Assembly (NCBI GenBank): GCA_963733295.1
Contig: CAVTCS010000003.1
Location: 1,760,001 to 1,824,000 of the forward strand
Source of the DNA: Vulcanimicrobiota bacterium
Lineage (GTDB): Bacteria > Vulcanimicrobiota > Vulcanimicrobiia > Vulcanimicrobiales > Vulcanimicrobiaceae
Length of the DNA: 64,000 nucleotides
Reading direction: 5' to 3'
Positions 1 through 7,884 of the stretch are shown piece by piece. Position 1 is the stretch's first letter. Each line of letters starts with the position of its first letter. A model generated the notes under the pieces. It saw only the letters and a list, made by a program, of their open reading frames with translations. It was not told where the DNA came from and ran no database searches. The position numbers and the translations under genes are program-made.

Positions 1-15
1 GGCCTTCCGCCGCGC

Positions 16-670
16 ATGTACATCCCGATCCTGGTCGTGACGATGCTCGTCTTCGGCGGGATCCTCACGTACTTCTTACGGATCGGCTTGAGCACGACCG
101 GCTCGGCGTTCGGACCGGGCGTCGCGCAGCAAGGCGACTCGAACATTCAAGCAACCCCCGTGCCCGGCGAAGTCGTCGTCCCGCAAAGCGGCGGCGCGCC
201 CGGGAATTCGGTCGGCGGCGGTTCGCCGCCCATGGCAGCCGCCGGGGCCCCTCCCGCGCCGGTCCAGCGCTTGCTTACCGAGCTGAAGGGACGCGTCGCG
301 CGCAACCCGCACGACGTTTCGGCGTTGGCCGGGCTCGCTTCGTTGTACTTCGACGCAGGCAAATTCGATCGGGCTCTTCCTTACTATAAGAGCGCGCTCG
401 CGCTCGACCCGGCCAACCCCGAACTCCGGACCGACTACGCGAGCGCCCTGCACGGTGCGAACCAAGACCCAGTGGCGCTCGCGCAACTCGAGATCGTACT
501 GAACGCAAAGCCCGACTTTGCGCCCGCGCTTTTGGACGAGGGCATCGTCGCGAGCGCAGATCGGACGGCGCTCCGAAGCCGTCGAGGCTTATCAGAAATT
601 CTTGAGGGTCGCACCAAACGACCCGCACGCCGACGATGCTCGCGACGCCTTGAAGCACCTCGGAGCTTGA
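16..670 (+). CDS. Membrane-anchored TPR protein with an apparent +1 frameshift at about 558-559
   Basis: N-terminal TM helix, then TPR helices (ALAGLASLYFDAGKFDRALPYYKSALALDP). The TPR continues in the frame starting at 560 (IGRRSEAVEAYQKFLRVAPNDPHADDARDALKHLGA) to TGA 668-670, one base before the next start. The true start may lie upstream of the window. Confidence 0.75.
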
Positions 671-671
671 G

Positions 672-1505
672 GTGAACCTCTACATCTCGGCCGACATGGA
701 AGGCACGGCGGCGGTGGCTTCGTGGACGCAAGTCGATCCGAAGAACGCCGCCGAATATCCGGAGTACCGGCGCTACATGTCACTCGAGGTCCGCGCCGCC
801 ATCGACGGCGCGCGCGAGGCCGGCGTAACGGGCGTGCTGATCAACGATTCGCATTCGGCGATGCGCAACGTGATGTGGGACGAACTCCCCGACGACGTGC
901 GCATGATCTACGGCAACCGCAAACCCTTCTCGATGGCCGAAGGCATCGGTTCGCAGTTCAGCGCCGGCTTCTTCACCGGGTACCACGCCGGCATCGGCAC
1001 GCGCGACGGGACGCTCGACCACACCTACTCGCCCGACACGATCTATAACGTGCGCATCAACGGAACGCGCTGCAACGAGGCCCTGCTCAATGCGGCGATG
1101 CTTGGCGTGCACGGAGTGCCGGTCGTTCTGATTTCGGGCGACCGCGCGGTCGTGGAAGAGACGGTTGCGGCGTTGCCCTGGGTTACCGGCGTCATCGTCA
1201 AGGAATCGATCGGACGCTATTCGGTGAACTCGCTCTCGCCGGGGCTCGCGCAGCAGCGGATTCGCGAAGGCGCACGCAACGCTATCGAACACATCGCGCG
1301 AGCCAAGCCTTTCGTCTTCGAACCGCCGATAGCCCTCGAGATCGATTTCGCCGGGACGCAGAACGCGGACTTCGCCGAACTGATTCCCGGCTTCGATCGT
1401 ATCGGCGGACGCACGACCCGTTTCGTGCACGACGACTACCGCGTCGTCTTCCGGGCATTCATGGCTGCGATGCGTCTTGGCGGCGGCGCGACCACCCCCG
1501 TCTAG
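672..1505 (+). CDS. dppA: D-aminopeptidase, peptidase M55 family
   Basis: YISADMEG, NDSH, GYHA, HTYS and SGD motifs; 277 aa. Confidence 0.93.
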   Translation: MNLYISADMEGTAAVASWTQVDPKNAAEYPEYRRYMSLEVRAAIDGAREAGVTGVLINDSHSAMRNVMWDELPDDVRMIYGNRKPFSMAEGIGSQFSAGFFTGYHAGIGTRDGTLDHTYSPDTIYNVRINGTRCNEALLNAAMLGVHGVPVVLISGDRAVVEETVAALPWVTGVIVKESIGRYSVNSLSPGLAQQRIREGARNAIEHIARAKPFVFEPPIALEIDFAGTQNADFAELIPGFDRIGGRTTRFVHDDYRVVFRAFMAAMRLGGGATTPV

Positions 1506-1506
1506 C

Positions 1507-2301
1507 GTGCCGACGGTCGCGTTTCAGGGTGAGCCGGGGGCTTTCAGCGACGACGCCGCGCGGCAGCTCGTCGCCGGCGCCGCAACGCGCGGTTACGGCA
1601 CGTTCGACGGCGCCGCGCGCGCCGCGCAAACCGGTGAGACGGATTTCGCGTTGCTGCCGGTCGAGAACTCGATCTCGGGCGCGGTGCCGCGCGTGTACGA
1701 TTTGCTTTGGGACGATGCACGGCTGCAGATCGTCGACGAGATCGTGTACCGCGTCGTGCAGAACTTGATCGGTTTGCCCCATGCGACCATCGACGGCCTA
1801 CGTGAGGTTCGCTCGCACCCTGTCGCGCTCGAACAGTGCCGTGCGTTTCTGGCCGAGCATCCGAAGATGCGCCCCGTGATCGTCGCAGACACCGCCGGCG
1901 CCGTGCGGGAGATCACCGAACTCAAGGATCCCGGCGTCGGCGCGATCGCGTCACAGCTTGCCGCGGAGCGCTACGGTGCCGTCGTGCTGGCCGAGGCGGT
2001 CCAGGACGTGCCGAACAATTTCACCCGGTTCTTCCTTTTAAAGCGCGATGCCGAACCTGTCGCCGCCCCGACGCGTGCTTGCGTCGCACTGTCGCTCGCG
2101 CATCGGCCCGGTTCGCTGCGCGACGCGCTCTCGACGTTCGCCGACGCCGATCTCAACCTGCGCACGCTCGTCTCGCGCCCCTCACCCGACGAACCGTTCA
2201 CCTACCGCTTCTACTGCGAAGTCGAGCCGATCGAACGCGAAGCGCTAACCCGAGTCCTCGACCACATCGACGGCTCGGTGCACGTCCTCGGAATTTACTG
2301 A
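1507..2301 (+). CDS. pheA: Prephenate dehydratase (PDT + ACT)
   Basis: VAFQGEPGAFS, PVENSISG, SHPVALEQC, NFTRF and SRP motifs; GTG at 1507 immediately after the dppA stop. Confidence 0.92.
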   Translation: MPTVAFQGEPGAFSDDAARQLVAGAATRGYGTFDGAARAAQTGETDFALLPVENSISGAVPRVYDLLWDDARLQIVDEIVYRVVQNLIGLPHATIDGLREVRSHPVALEQCRAFLAEHPKMRPVIVADTAGAVREITELKDPGVGAIASQLAAERYGAVVLAEAVQDVPNNFTRFFLLKRDAEPVAAPTRACVALSLAHRPGSLRDALSTFADADLNLRTLVSRPSPDEPFTYRFYCEVEPIEREALTRVLDHIDGSVHVLGIY

Positions 2302-2394
2302 CGCGGCCTAGTACGCCCGTACCGTCACAGACCAGCCCTGTTTCAGTATAGTGAGACAACCGGACTTAATTACTAGGGCGGGAAAGGTTTCACG

Positions 2395-2796
2395 ATGCAA
2401 TCCAAGGGCACGATTTCGGATCCCGAGGTACCAGCCAAGGCTTCGCGCCGCCGATTCTCCGCAGCTGATAAGGCGCGGATTCTCGAAGAGTATGAGCAAG
2501 CGTCCTCCGTGGGGCGAGCGGCACTTTGCCGCCGCGAACGGATTTATTCATCGCATATCGCTGGTTGGCGAAAGCAGCTCGCTGGTGGCGCGCCGCTGGA
2601 GGCGAAACGCGGTCGTAAGCCCGATCCCAACGCTGTTGAGAACACGCGGCTGCGCAAAGAAAACGAGCGTCTGCAGCTACGCTTAGCTAAAGCGGAACGG
2701 ATTATCGCTGTCCAGGGAAAAGCCTACGCGCTCTTGCGTGCTGGAGTCGGCGAGAGCGCGGATCAGATGGACTTGCCGCCGTGGAACAAGTCGTAG
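2395..2796 (+). CDS. IS transposase OrfA (HTH + coiled coil)
   Basis: RRRFSAADKARIL...RRERIYSSHIAGWRKQ HTH; ENTRLRKENERL leucine zipper. Confidence 0.88.
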   Translation: MQSKGTISDPEVPAKASRRRFSAADKARILEEYEQASSVGRAALCRRERIYSSHIAGWRKQLAGGAPLEAKRGRKPDPNAVENTRLRKENERLQLRLAKAERIIAVQGKAYALLRAGVGESADQMDLPPWNKS

Positions 2797-3839
2797 TGAA
2801 TCTTGCCGTTGAGGTTGGCGAACGCCAAGCGTGCGAGCAGATGGGGCATTCCCGCGCGAGCTTTCGACGACGTCACCAACTCGTGCCGCGCTCTTCTCGA
2901 CAGCAGCGGCGTTATCAAGAACGGCTGGTCGAGCGCACTGAACGACGCGAGAAACGCGCCCGGCGCGGATCATCGTTAGCTCTGGACACCCGAGAGAACG
3001 AAGCAGTCTTGGACGCGGTTCACCAGCATCGATTCATCGATCGCAGCGTGCCCTATATTTACGCAACGCTCTTGGACGAAGGCGTCTATCATTGCTCGCT
3101 GTCCACGATGTATCGGGTTCTTCACCGCTCCGGGGAAGTCGGCGAGCGACGCGATCAAGCCACGCGTCCTGCGCACGTGAAGCCGGAATTGTGCGCAACC
3201 GCGCCGCGCGAGGTTTTTGCCTGGGATATCACCAAATTGCATGGTCCGCAGAAGTGGACGTATTTTTACCTCTACGTCATCGTCGACATCTATAGTCGCT
3301 ACGTCGTCGGCTGGATGGTCGCCGATCGTGAGAGCTCCGCGTTGGCACGCATGTTGCTCTCCGAAACGATCAAGAAAGAATGCGTAGATCCCAAGAAGCT
3401 CACCGTACATGCAGATCGCGGTAGCTCGATGACTTCGAAACCAGTCGCGTTCTTGCTCGCCGATCTCGGTGTAACCAAGAGCCATTCCCGCCCGCATGTT
3501 TCCGATGACAACCCGCACATCGAATCGTTCTTCAAAACTGCCAAGTACCAGCCGGAATTTCCCGCGACGTTTTCCAATATCGCAGAGGCACGAGCGTTCT
3601 GCCGCGCGTTCGTCGAATGGTATAACACGCAACATCGCCACAGCGCGCTCGCGCTTCTCGCTCCAGCTGACGTTCACTTCGGCCGCGCCGGCGCTCTCTT
3701 GGAGCGGCGGCAAGGCATTCTCGACGCTGCCTACACCGCGCATCCTGAGCGCTTCGTACGCGGCAAACCAAAAGCCGGCCAGCTACCCGTTGCATCGTAT
3801 ATCAATCGACCTGCCGAAATCGTCGACCAGGTCGCTTAA
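2781..3839 (+). CDS. IS3-type DDE transposase OrfB (rve)
   Basis: WDIT...DIYSR...HADRG...DNPHIESFF; an in-frame GTG at 2796 overlaps the orfA stop (TAGTG). Confidence 0.92.
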   Translation: MEQVVVNLAVEVGERQACEQMGHSRASFRRRHQLVPRSSRQQRRYQERLVERTERREKRARRGSSLALDTRENEAVLDAVHQHRFIDRSVPYIYATLLDEGVYHCSLSTMYRVLHRSGEVGERRDQATRPAHVKPELCATAPREVFAWDITKLHGPQKWTYFYLYVIVDIYSRYVVGWMVADRESSALARMLLSETIKKECVDPKKLTVHADRGSSMTSKPVAFLLADLGVTKSHSRPHVSDDNPHIESFFKTAKYQPEFPATFSNIAEARAFCRAFVEWYNTQHRHSALALLAPADVHFGRAGALLERRQGILDAAYTAHPERFVRGKPKAGQLPVASYINRPAEIVDQVA

Positions 3840-4069
3840 CACACTAAACTCAACACTTACGTGGACTCAAGCGTACTGAAAATTTCCGCAGCGTCGACTG
3901 GCAACAGTAAGCACTCGCATGAGTACAATATGGCTACCTTCGGCACTAAGCTTTGTTCGATCCAAGTCGTAGGGGCTCGGTGAGCGATTCACTACCGATC
4001 TAACAAGCGCGTGCGCCTTCGATAAACGTTAAGACATGAGATGGTGGTCAGGCGTCGTAATCCTCCTAA

Positions 4070-4831
4070 ATGTCGGTGCGCACTTGGCCTTCCCGACCCA
4101 CGCTGTTCACGTTGTTCTTGGGTGCATTGTGGCTAATCGGACGGCTCATTGACTCGTTCGACCGAGCGCACACTGTCGACGTATGGCTTGCGGCGAACAA
4201 GGACAACCTATACGGCCACCTTGGGGCGCAAGCGTTAGACAACGCTTGGGTCTTTCTTCTGCTCGGGCTTGTGTTGAGGTGGCACGATAATGAGGAGAGG
4301 CGGGATTTGAAGACCGAATCGACGGTGGAAGCGAAGAAACAAGTTACTCGAAGTCGTCGTTGGCAATCGATGCAGTGGCCAGCTCCCGAACAGTTTCCCG
4401 GCCGCACTCGGTTGGCCGTCCCGGAGGGTCAGGCTGTGCAAGTCTTCGAGGTCGCTCCAGGCAACTTTCAGGAGATTTCATGGGCTGGTGTGAGCATGCG
4501 CATAACTTACACCGGACAGTTTCGCAACGACGACAGCGCACTCGCAGTGCAGCTAAGGATTGAAGCGACGCGCGGTATGCTCGGCCCCTTAATAGTCAGC
4601 TGCGGCCCAGATGTCGTTTCAGGGCAAGACAATCTGTTCGTTGTCCCTGTCCAGCCCGTTCCTCTGTTAGGTGCGAACAGTGGGCCGGCGATGACAGAGA
4701 GTCAACGGATGGTCTATCATGTCGAGATGCGTCCCGACAACCAGTCATTCTTAGTCTTTGCACTCTACGGCGAGCATGTGAATAGCCAGAATGGCTTAGT
4801 CCGCCTTGTCGGCTTGTTCGCTTCGCGCTAG
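4070..4831 (+). CDS. Hypothetical protein with two N-terminal TM helices and a soluble beta-rich C-terminal domain
   Basis: 253-aa ORF; hydrophobic LFTLFLGALWLIG and AWVFLLLGLVL segments; visibly lower GC than the flanks. Confidence 0.6.
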   Translation: MSVRTWPSRPTLFTLFLGALWLIGRLIDSFDRAHTVDVWLAANKDNLYGHLGAQALDNAWVFLLLGLVLRWHDNEERRDLKTESTVEAKKQVTRSRRWQSMQWPAPEQFPGRTRLAVPEGQAVQVFEVAPGNFQEISWAGVSMRITYTGQFRNDDSALAVQLRIEATRGMLGPLIVSCGPDVVSGQDNLFVVPVQPVPLLGANSGPAMTESQRMVYHVEMRPDNQSFLVFALYGEHVNSQNGLVRLVGLFASR

Positions 4832-4847
4832 GGCCAGCAACATCGGC

Positions 4848-5023
4848 CCGGACCTTTCAGCACGCTTACGTAATGTCGATCGGTGACCTGCGATCGGGGC
4901 TGCGCGGCGGGGGGACCGGACGTTTTAGGGCCCTTATGTAGTATCGATGTGGCTGAGTCATCGAGCCGCGATTGGGGCTGCGCGGTGGGGGGACCGGAAG
5001 TTTGCGCGTCGTTATGTAGTATC
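4848..5023. repeat. Three degenerate direct repeats with core CCGGA-N13-TTAYGTARTRTC; copies 2 and 3 share a 56-bp unit
   Basis: Cores start at 4848, 4916 and 4994; 4890-4945 and 4968-5023 are closely similar. Confidence 0.8.
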
Positions 5024-5057
5024 CCGCCCAGAAACCAAGGGTTCTCATCAGACACTG

Positions 5058-6422
5058 CGGAAATTTTCAGTACGCTTGAGTCCACGTAAGTGTTGAGTTT
5101 AGTGTGTTAAGCGACCTGGTCGACGATTTCGGCAGGTCGATTGATATACGATGCAACGGGTAGCTGGCCGGCTTTTGGTTTGCCGCGTACGAAGCGCTCA
5201 GGATGCGCGGTGTAGGCAGCGTCGAGAATGCCTTGCCGCCGCTCCAAGAGAGCGCCGGCGCGGCCGAAGTGAACGTCAGCTGGAGCGAGAAGCGCGAGCG
5301 CGCTGTGGCGATGTTGCGTGTTATACCATTCGACGAACGCGCGGCAGAACGCTCGTGCCTCTGCGATATTGGAAAACGTCGCGGGAAATTCCGGCTGGTA
5401 CTTGGCAGTTTTGAAGAACGATTCGATGTGCGGGTTGTCATCGGAAACATGCGGGCGGGAATGGCTCTTGGTTACACCGAGATCGGCGAGCAAGAACGCG
5501 ACTGGTTTCGAAGTCATCGAGCTACCGCGATCTGCATGTACGGTGAGCTTCTTGGGATCTACGCATTCTTTCTTGATCGTTTCGGAGAGCAACATGCGTG
5601 CCAACGCGGAGCTCTCACGATCGGCGACCATCCAGCCGACGACGTAGCGACTATAGATGTCGACGATGACGTAGAGGTAAAAATACGTCCACTTCTGCGG
5701 ACCATGCAATTTGGTGATATCCCAGGCAAAAACCTCGCGCGGCGCGGTTGCGCACAATTCCGGCTTCACGTGCGCAGGACGCGTGGCTTGATCGCGTCGC
5801 TCGCCGACTTCCCCGGAGCGGTGAAGAACCCGATACATCGTGGACAGCGAGCAATGATAGACGCCTTCGTCCAAGAGCGTTGCGTAAATATAGGGCACGC
5901 TGCGATCGATGAATCGATGCTGGTGAACCGCGTCCAAGACTGCTTCGTTCTCTCGGGTGTCCAGAGCTAACGATGATCCGCGCCGGGCGCGTTTCTCGCG
6001 TCGTTCAGTGCGCTCGACCAGCCGTTCTTGATAACGCCGCTGCTGTCGAGAAGAGCGCGGCACGAGTTGGTGACGTCGTCGAAAGCTCGCGCGGGAATGC
6101 CCCATCTGCTCGCACGCTTGGCGTTCGCCAACCTCAACGGCAAGATTCACTACGACTTGTTCCACGGCGGCAAGTCCATCTGATCCGCGCTCTCGCCGAC
6201 TACAGCACGCAAGAGCGCGTAGGCTTTTCCCTGGACAGCGATAATCCGTTCCGCTTTAGCTAAGCGTAGCTGCAGACGCTCGTTTTCTTTGCGCAGCCGC
6301 GTGTTCTCAACAGCGTTGGGATCGGGCTTACGACCGCGTTTCGCCTCCAGCGGCGCGCCACCAGCGAGCTGCTTTCGCCAACCAGCGATATGCGATGAAT
6401 AAATCCGTTCGCGGCGGCAAAG
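5058..6422 (-). mobile_element. IS3-type element copy 2, inverted, 5'-truncated inside orfA
   Basis: Reverse complement of 2524-3888 (x maps to 8946-x); one visible substitution (OrfA AGVG vs AVVG). Confidence 0.92.
5107..6165 (-). CDS. IS3-type DDE transposase OrfB (same protein as copy 1)
   Basis: Identical 352-aa translation. Confidence 0.92.
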   Translation of the reverse strand: MEQVVVNLAVEVGERQACEQMGHSRASFRRRHQLVPRSSRQQRRYQERLVERTERREKRARRGSSLALDTRENEAVLDAVHQHRFIDRSVPYIYATLLDEGVYHCSLSTMYRVLHRSGEVGERRDQATRPAHVKPELCATAPREVFAWDITKLHGPQKWTYFYLYVIVDIYSRYVVGWMVADRESSALARMLLSETIKKECVDPKKLTVHADRGSSMTSKPVAFLLADLGVTKSHSRPHVSDDNPHIESFFKTAKYQPEFPATFSNIAEARAFCRAFVEWYNTQHRHSALALLAPADVHFGRAGALLERRQGILDAAYTAHPERFVRGKPKAGQLPVASYINRPAEIVDQVA

Positions 6423-6670
6423 GGTAGTGCGACCCATTTCTGGTACGATGAGTTAAGCTGGAGCAAGGGTGTCGTCGGTTTCTTGGAGCTGCTCGAATTC
6501 GGCCGGCGGCCGGTAACCGAGGGCTGAGTGCAAACGGCGGTCATTGTAGCGATGAATGAAGCGCACGATCGAACGCGAGGCTTCGTCGAAATCGGCGTAA
6601 TCGCGTAGATAGACTTCCTCGCTCTTGATCGTACGTATGAACCGTTCCATCTTCGGATTGTCCGACGGAG
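6423..6670 (-). mobile_element. 3' remnant of a different IS3-family element
   Basis: DNPKMERFIRTIKSEEVY...YNDRRLHSALGYRPPAEFE (rve C-terminus), stop at 6453, then IR-like end GTACCAGAAATGGGTCGCACTACC abutting the copy-2 breakpoint. Confidence 0.82.
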
Positions 6671-6704
6671 TCGCGGGTCGGCTCACGCCCCGATTTTCTG
6701 AATT

Positions 6705-6720
6705 AACTGACCGTTCAGTT
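6705..6720. promoter_or_regulatory. Palindromic operator-like site AACTGA-CCGT-TCAGTT
   Basis: 6-bp inverted repeat with 4-bp spacer in an AT-rich intergenic stretch; resembles TetR-family operators. Confidence 0.4.
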
Positions 6721-6794
6721 TCCGTCAGGTAAAACCGGAACAAACGTATCATATCTTTCGCCCGAAATAGACTCCGAGAATTGCAAGAAAATCG

Positions 6795-7229
6795 GGGCAC
6801 CATCTCCATCGCGCCCGCACGTGGTTTAGCGCGGCCAATAGCCGCTTGCCGGAGTACGCTCCCGTGCAGGGCCATCTGGCCGAAGTCGAGGCTGCCCTCG
6901 GAGAGCCCGACTCGGCAATCGCGCGGCTTGCGCCATTGACGATCTTCTCCGACGATCCCGATTACGCGGCTCAGCTCGCGCGCATTCTGAACGACATTGG
7001 CCGTGGGGCGGAGGCGCGCATATATCGCGACCAAGCGGCGGCGCGCTATGACGAACTGATCGCGCAGCATATCGAGGCTGTCGCCGATCATGCGGCCGAA
7101 TTCTGGCTGGACGTAGGTGGCGACCAACGTCGGGCGCAGTCGCTGGCTTTGCAGAATCTACGAATCCGCCAGACGCCGAGGGCCCGCGAACTCCTTGCGC
7201 GTGCGACTGGGCAGGAGAGCGAAAACTGA
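6795..7229 (+). pseudogene. C-terminal fragment of a TPR-like helical-repeat protein
   Basis: RARTWFSAANSRLPEYAPVQGHLAEVEAALG...DHAAEFWL; the frame reads plausibly upstream of TTG 6846 but has no proper start or RBS. Confidence 0.6.
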
Positions 7230-7247
7230 TTGATGTTCGGTGCTCCT

Positions 7248-7625
7248 CTACGTCCGCTCAGCTTCGCCGGCTAGAGTTTTGCGCTGGTGGATCACGAGTT
7301 GGTTTCCCTCGGAATCCTCACCGATTGCCATGAAACACATGGGGTTATCCATGGGGTCGCCGATCGTTACGCCGCGGGAGCGCAGCTCGGCGACCGCCTC
7401 GCGCGCGTCCGCGACGGCGAACATGATTCCGTTTCCGCGCTCCCAAGGCCAGTTCGTCTCGGCGGGGTTCCAGAGCTCGAACGCCGAGCCGTCGGGGAGT
7501 TCGAACTCGGCTGCGTTCTCACCGATCGTCGCCAGCGGCAATTGCAGCACGTCGCGGTAAAACGCGATCGCACGCGCGAGATCTTTGACCATATACGTGT
7601 GAACGTCGATACCTGTTATGTTCAT
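7248..7625 (-). CDS. VOC/glyoxalase family protein
   Basis: VKDLARAIAFYRDVL...FAVAD...DSEGN; ATG at 7625. Confidence 0.88.
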   Translation of the reverse strand: MNITGIDVHTYMVKDLARAIAFYRDVLQLPLATIGENAAEFELPDGSAFELWNPAETNWPWERGNGIMFAVADAREAVAELRSRGVTIGDPMDNPMCFMAIGEDSEGNQLVIHQRKTLAGEAERT

Positions 7626-7884
7626 GAGGCGTGAATTCAACGACCGCTTTGCAAATTCGTCTAGCCAAGACTTCGTTTCGGCCGTGCGGGCTTTGGATCT
7701 CAATCCCTCCCATTTCTTCAACCGGAGCCAAGCCGTCTGATCCAGCGATGGGAATATCGGATTTGACGAGCAAGACAACGCCTCAGCCGACCGTAACAGA
7801 CACGAGGCTATTGCACTTCGCTAACAGAGTGAATGCCTCGATGTAAGTGCCTCAATTCCCGGTCTTCGAGAGCCCGACGTTCAT

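Larger units (their letters stand above)
2336..3888 (+). mobile_element. IS3-family-type insertion sequence, copy 1 (complete)
   Basis: orfA + DDE orfB; imperfect subterminal IR (TTTCAGTATAGTGAGAC vs TTTCAGTACGCTTGAGTC); CAG at 2333-35 and 3889-91 as candidate target duplication; second copy in the window. Confidence 0.88.

Noticed and set aside
4916..4945. Canonical dif site
   Set aside because: A TTATGT arm is present but there is no XerC arm ending in ATAA at 6-bp spacing
4848..5023. CRISPR array
   Set aside because: Only three degenerate units; the would-be spacers of copies 2-3 are themselves similar; no cas genes in the window
2336..6422. Composite transposon carrying 3889-5057
   Set aside because: Copy 1 has its own candidate CAG duplication and copy 2 has lost its outer end, so independent insertions are more parsimonious
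7690..7720. tRNA 3' remnant or att site (GGATCTCAATCCCTCCC)
   Set aside because: Lacks GTTCRA and CCA, no cloverleaf, no matching second copy
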